A stretch of 7,437 bases of DNA. Origin: a virus. Taxonomy: Duplodnaviria; Heunggongvirae; Uroviricota; Caudoviricetes. Of the stretch, positions 6,924-7,437 are shown in pieces. Positions within the stretch are counted from its first letter, which is position 1. The number at the start of each line of letters is the position of its first letter. The notes under the pieces were generated by a model. That model made no database searches, was not told the origin of the DNA, and worked only from the letters and a program-made list of their open reading frames with translations. The stretch lies in the IMG/VR virus record IMGVR_UViG_2585428013_000002, one strand, 5' to 3'. Position numbers and translations under genes: made by a program.

Positions 6924-7437
6924 ATGGCAGCAGTAAAAATCTCAGGTGTGCTGAAAGACGGTGCAGGAAAACCGATACAGAACTGCACCATTCAGCTCAA
7001 AGCAAAACGTAACAGCACCACGGTTGTGGTGAACACGGTGGCCTCAGAAAATCCGGATGAAGCCGGACGTTACAGCATGGATGTCGAGTATGGCCAGTAC
7101 AGCGTTATCCTGCTGGTTGAAGGTTTTCCGCCTTCACATGCCGGGACCATCACCGTGTATGAGGATTCTAAGCCGGGGACGCTGAATGATTTTCTGGGTG
7201 CCATGACGGAAGAGGATGTCATGCCGGAGGCATTGCGTCGTTTTGAGGTAATGGTGGAGGATGTGGCACGCAACGCTGAAGCCGCCTCTCAGAGCGCAGC
7301 GGCAGCAAAGAAATCAGAAACAGCAGCGGCATCGTCCAGGAACGCGGCGAAAACATCAGAGACGAATGCAGGTAACAGCGCGAAAGCGGCAGCTTCTTCA
7401 AAAACAGCCGCACAAAACGCAGCAACAGCGGCAGAAC
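6924..7437 (+). CDS. stf: Side tail fibre protein, N-terminal part (3'-partial, runs off the window)
   Basis: ATG at 6924 preceded by GGAG; translation MAAVKISGVLKDGAGKPIQNCTIQLKAKRNSTTVVVNTVASENPDEAGRYSMDVEYGQYSVIL... closely matches my recollection of the lambda Stf (orf-401) N-terminus; followed by an Ala/Ser/Thr-rich repetitive segment (AAKTSETNA...). Not in the ORF track because there is no stop in the window. Confidence 0.88.
   Translation, partial: MAAVKISGVLKDGAGKPIQNCTIQLKAKRNSTTVVVNTVASENPDEAGRYSMDVEYGQYSVILLVEGFPPSHAGTITVYEDSKPGTLNDFLGAMTEEDVMPEALRRFEVMVEDVARNAEAASQSAAAAKKSETAAASSRNAAKTSETNAGNSAKAAASSKTAAQNAATAAE

Noticed and set aside
7070-7425. Two minus-strand ORFs (67 and 68 aa) antisense to stf
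   Set aside because: Overlap the recognisable Stf N-terminal coding region; the Ser/Leu/Pro-rich translation reflects the complement of the Ala/Ser-rich repeat codons.
1-7437. Chi sites (GCTGGTGG), CRISPR repeats, tRNA genes, att sites or integrase fragments
   Set aside because: Scanned by eye on both strands. No exact Chi octamer, no spaced direct-repeat array, no tRNA-like cloverleaf region and no recombinase-like ORF were seen. A manual scan can miss short motifs, so this is absence of evidence rather than proof.

Overview
This window is the distal tail / tail-tip module of a lambda-like (lambdoid) siphovirus, most likely a prophage in an enterobacterial (E. coli-like) genome. All genes are on the + strand in the canonical lambda order: 3' end of the tape measure gene H, then M, L, K, I, J (central tail fibre / tip attachment protein), the lom outer-membrane-protein moron, and the 5' part of the side tail fibre gene stf. 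Assignments rest on my recall of lambda protein sequences and the strict synteny; no database search was possible. Packing is tight (H/M stop-start overlap, K/I 103-nt out-of-frame overlap), and the only real intergenic gaps (I-J, J-lom, lom-stf) each carry a GC-rich hairpin, two of them with clean T-runs. I see no unexplained coding space, CRISPR array, integrase, tRNA or candidate defence cassette, so I do not claim a novel system here. The items most worth a second look are the K-I pair (JAB/MPN + NlpC/P60 peptidase next to a ubiquitin-like protein with a Gly-Gly motif), the likely under-called N-terminus of K, the apparently AT-richer 3' third of J that holds the host-range determinant, and the terminator-bracketed lom moron. 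All antisense ORFs in the track look like artefacts of GC-rich coding sequence.
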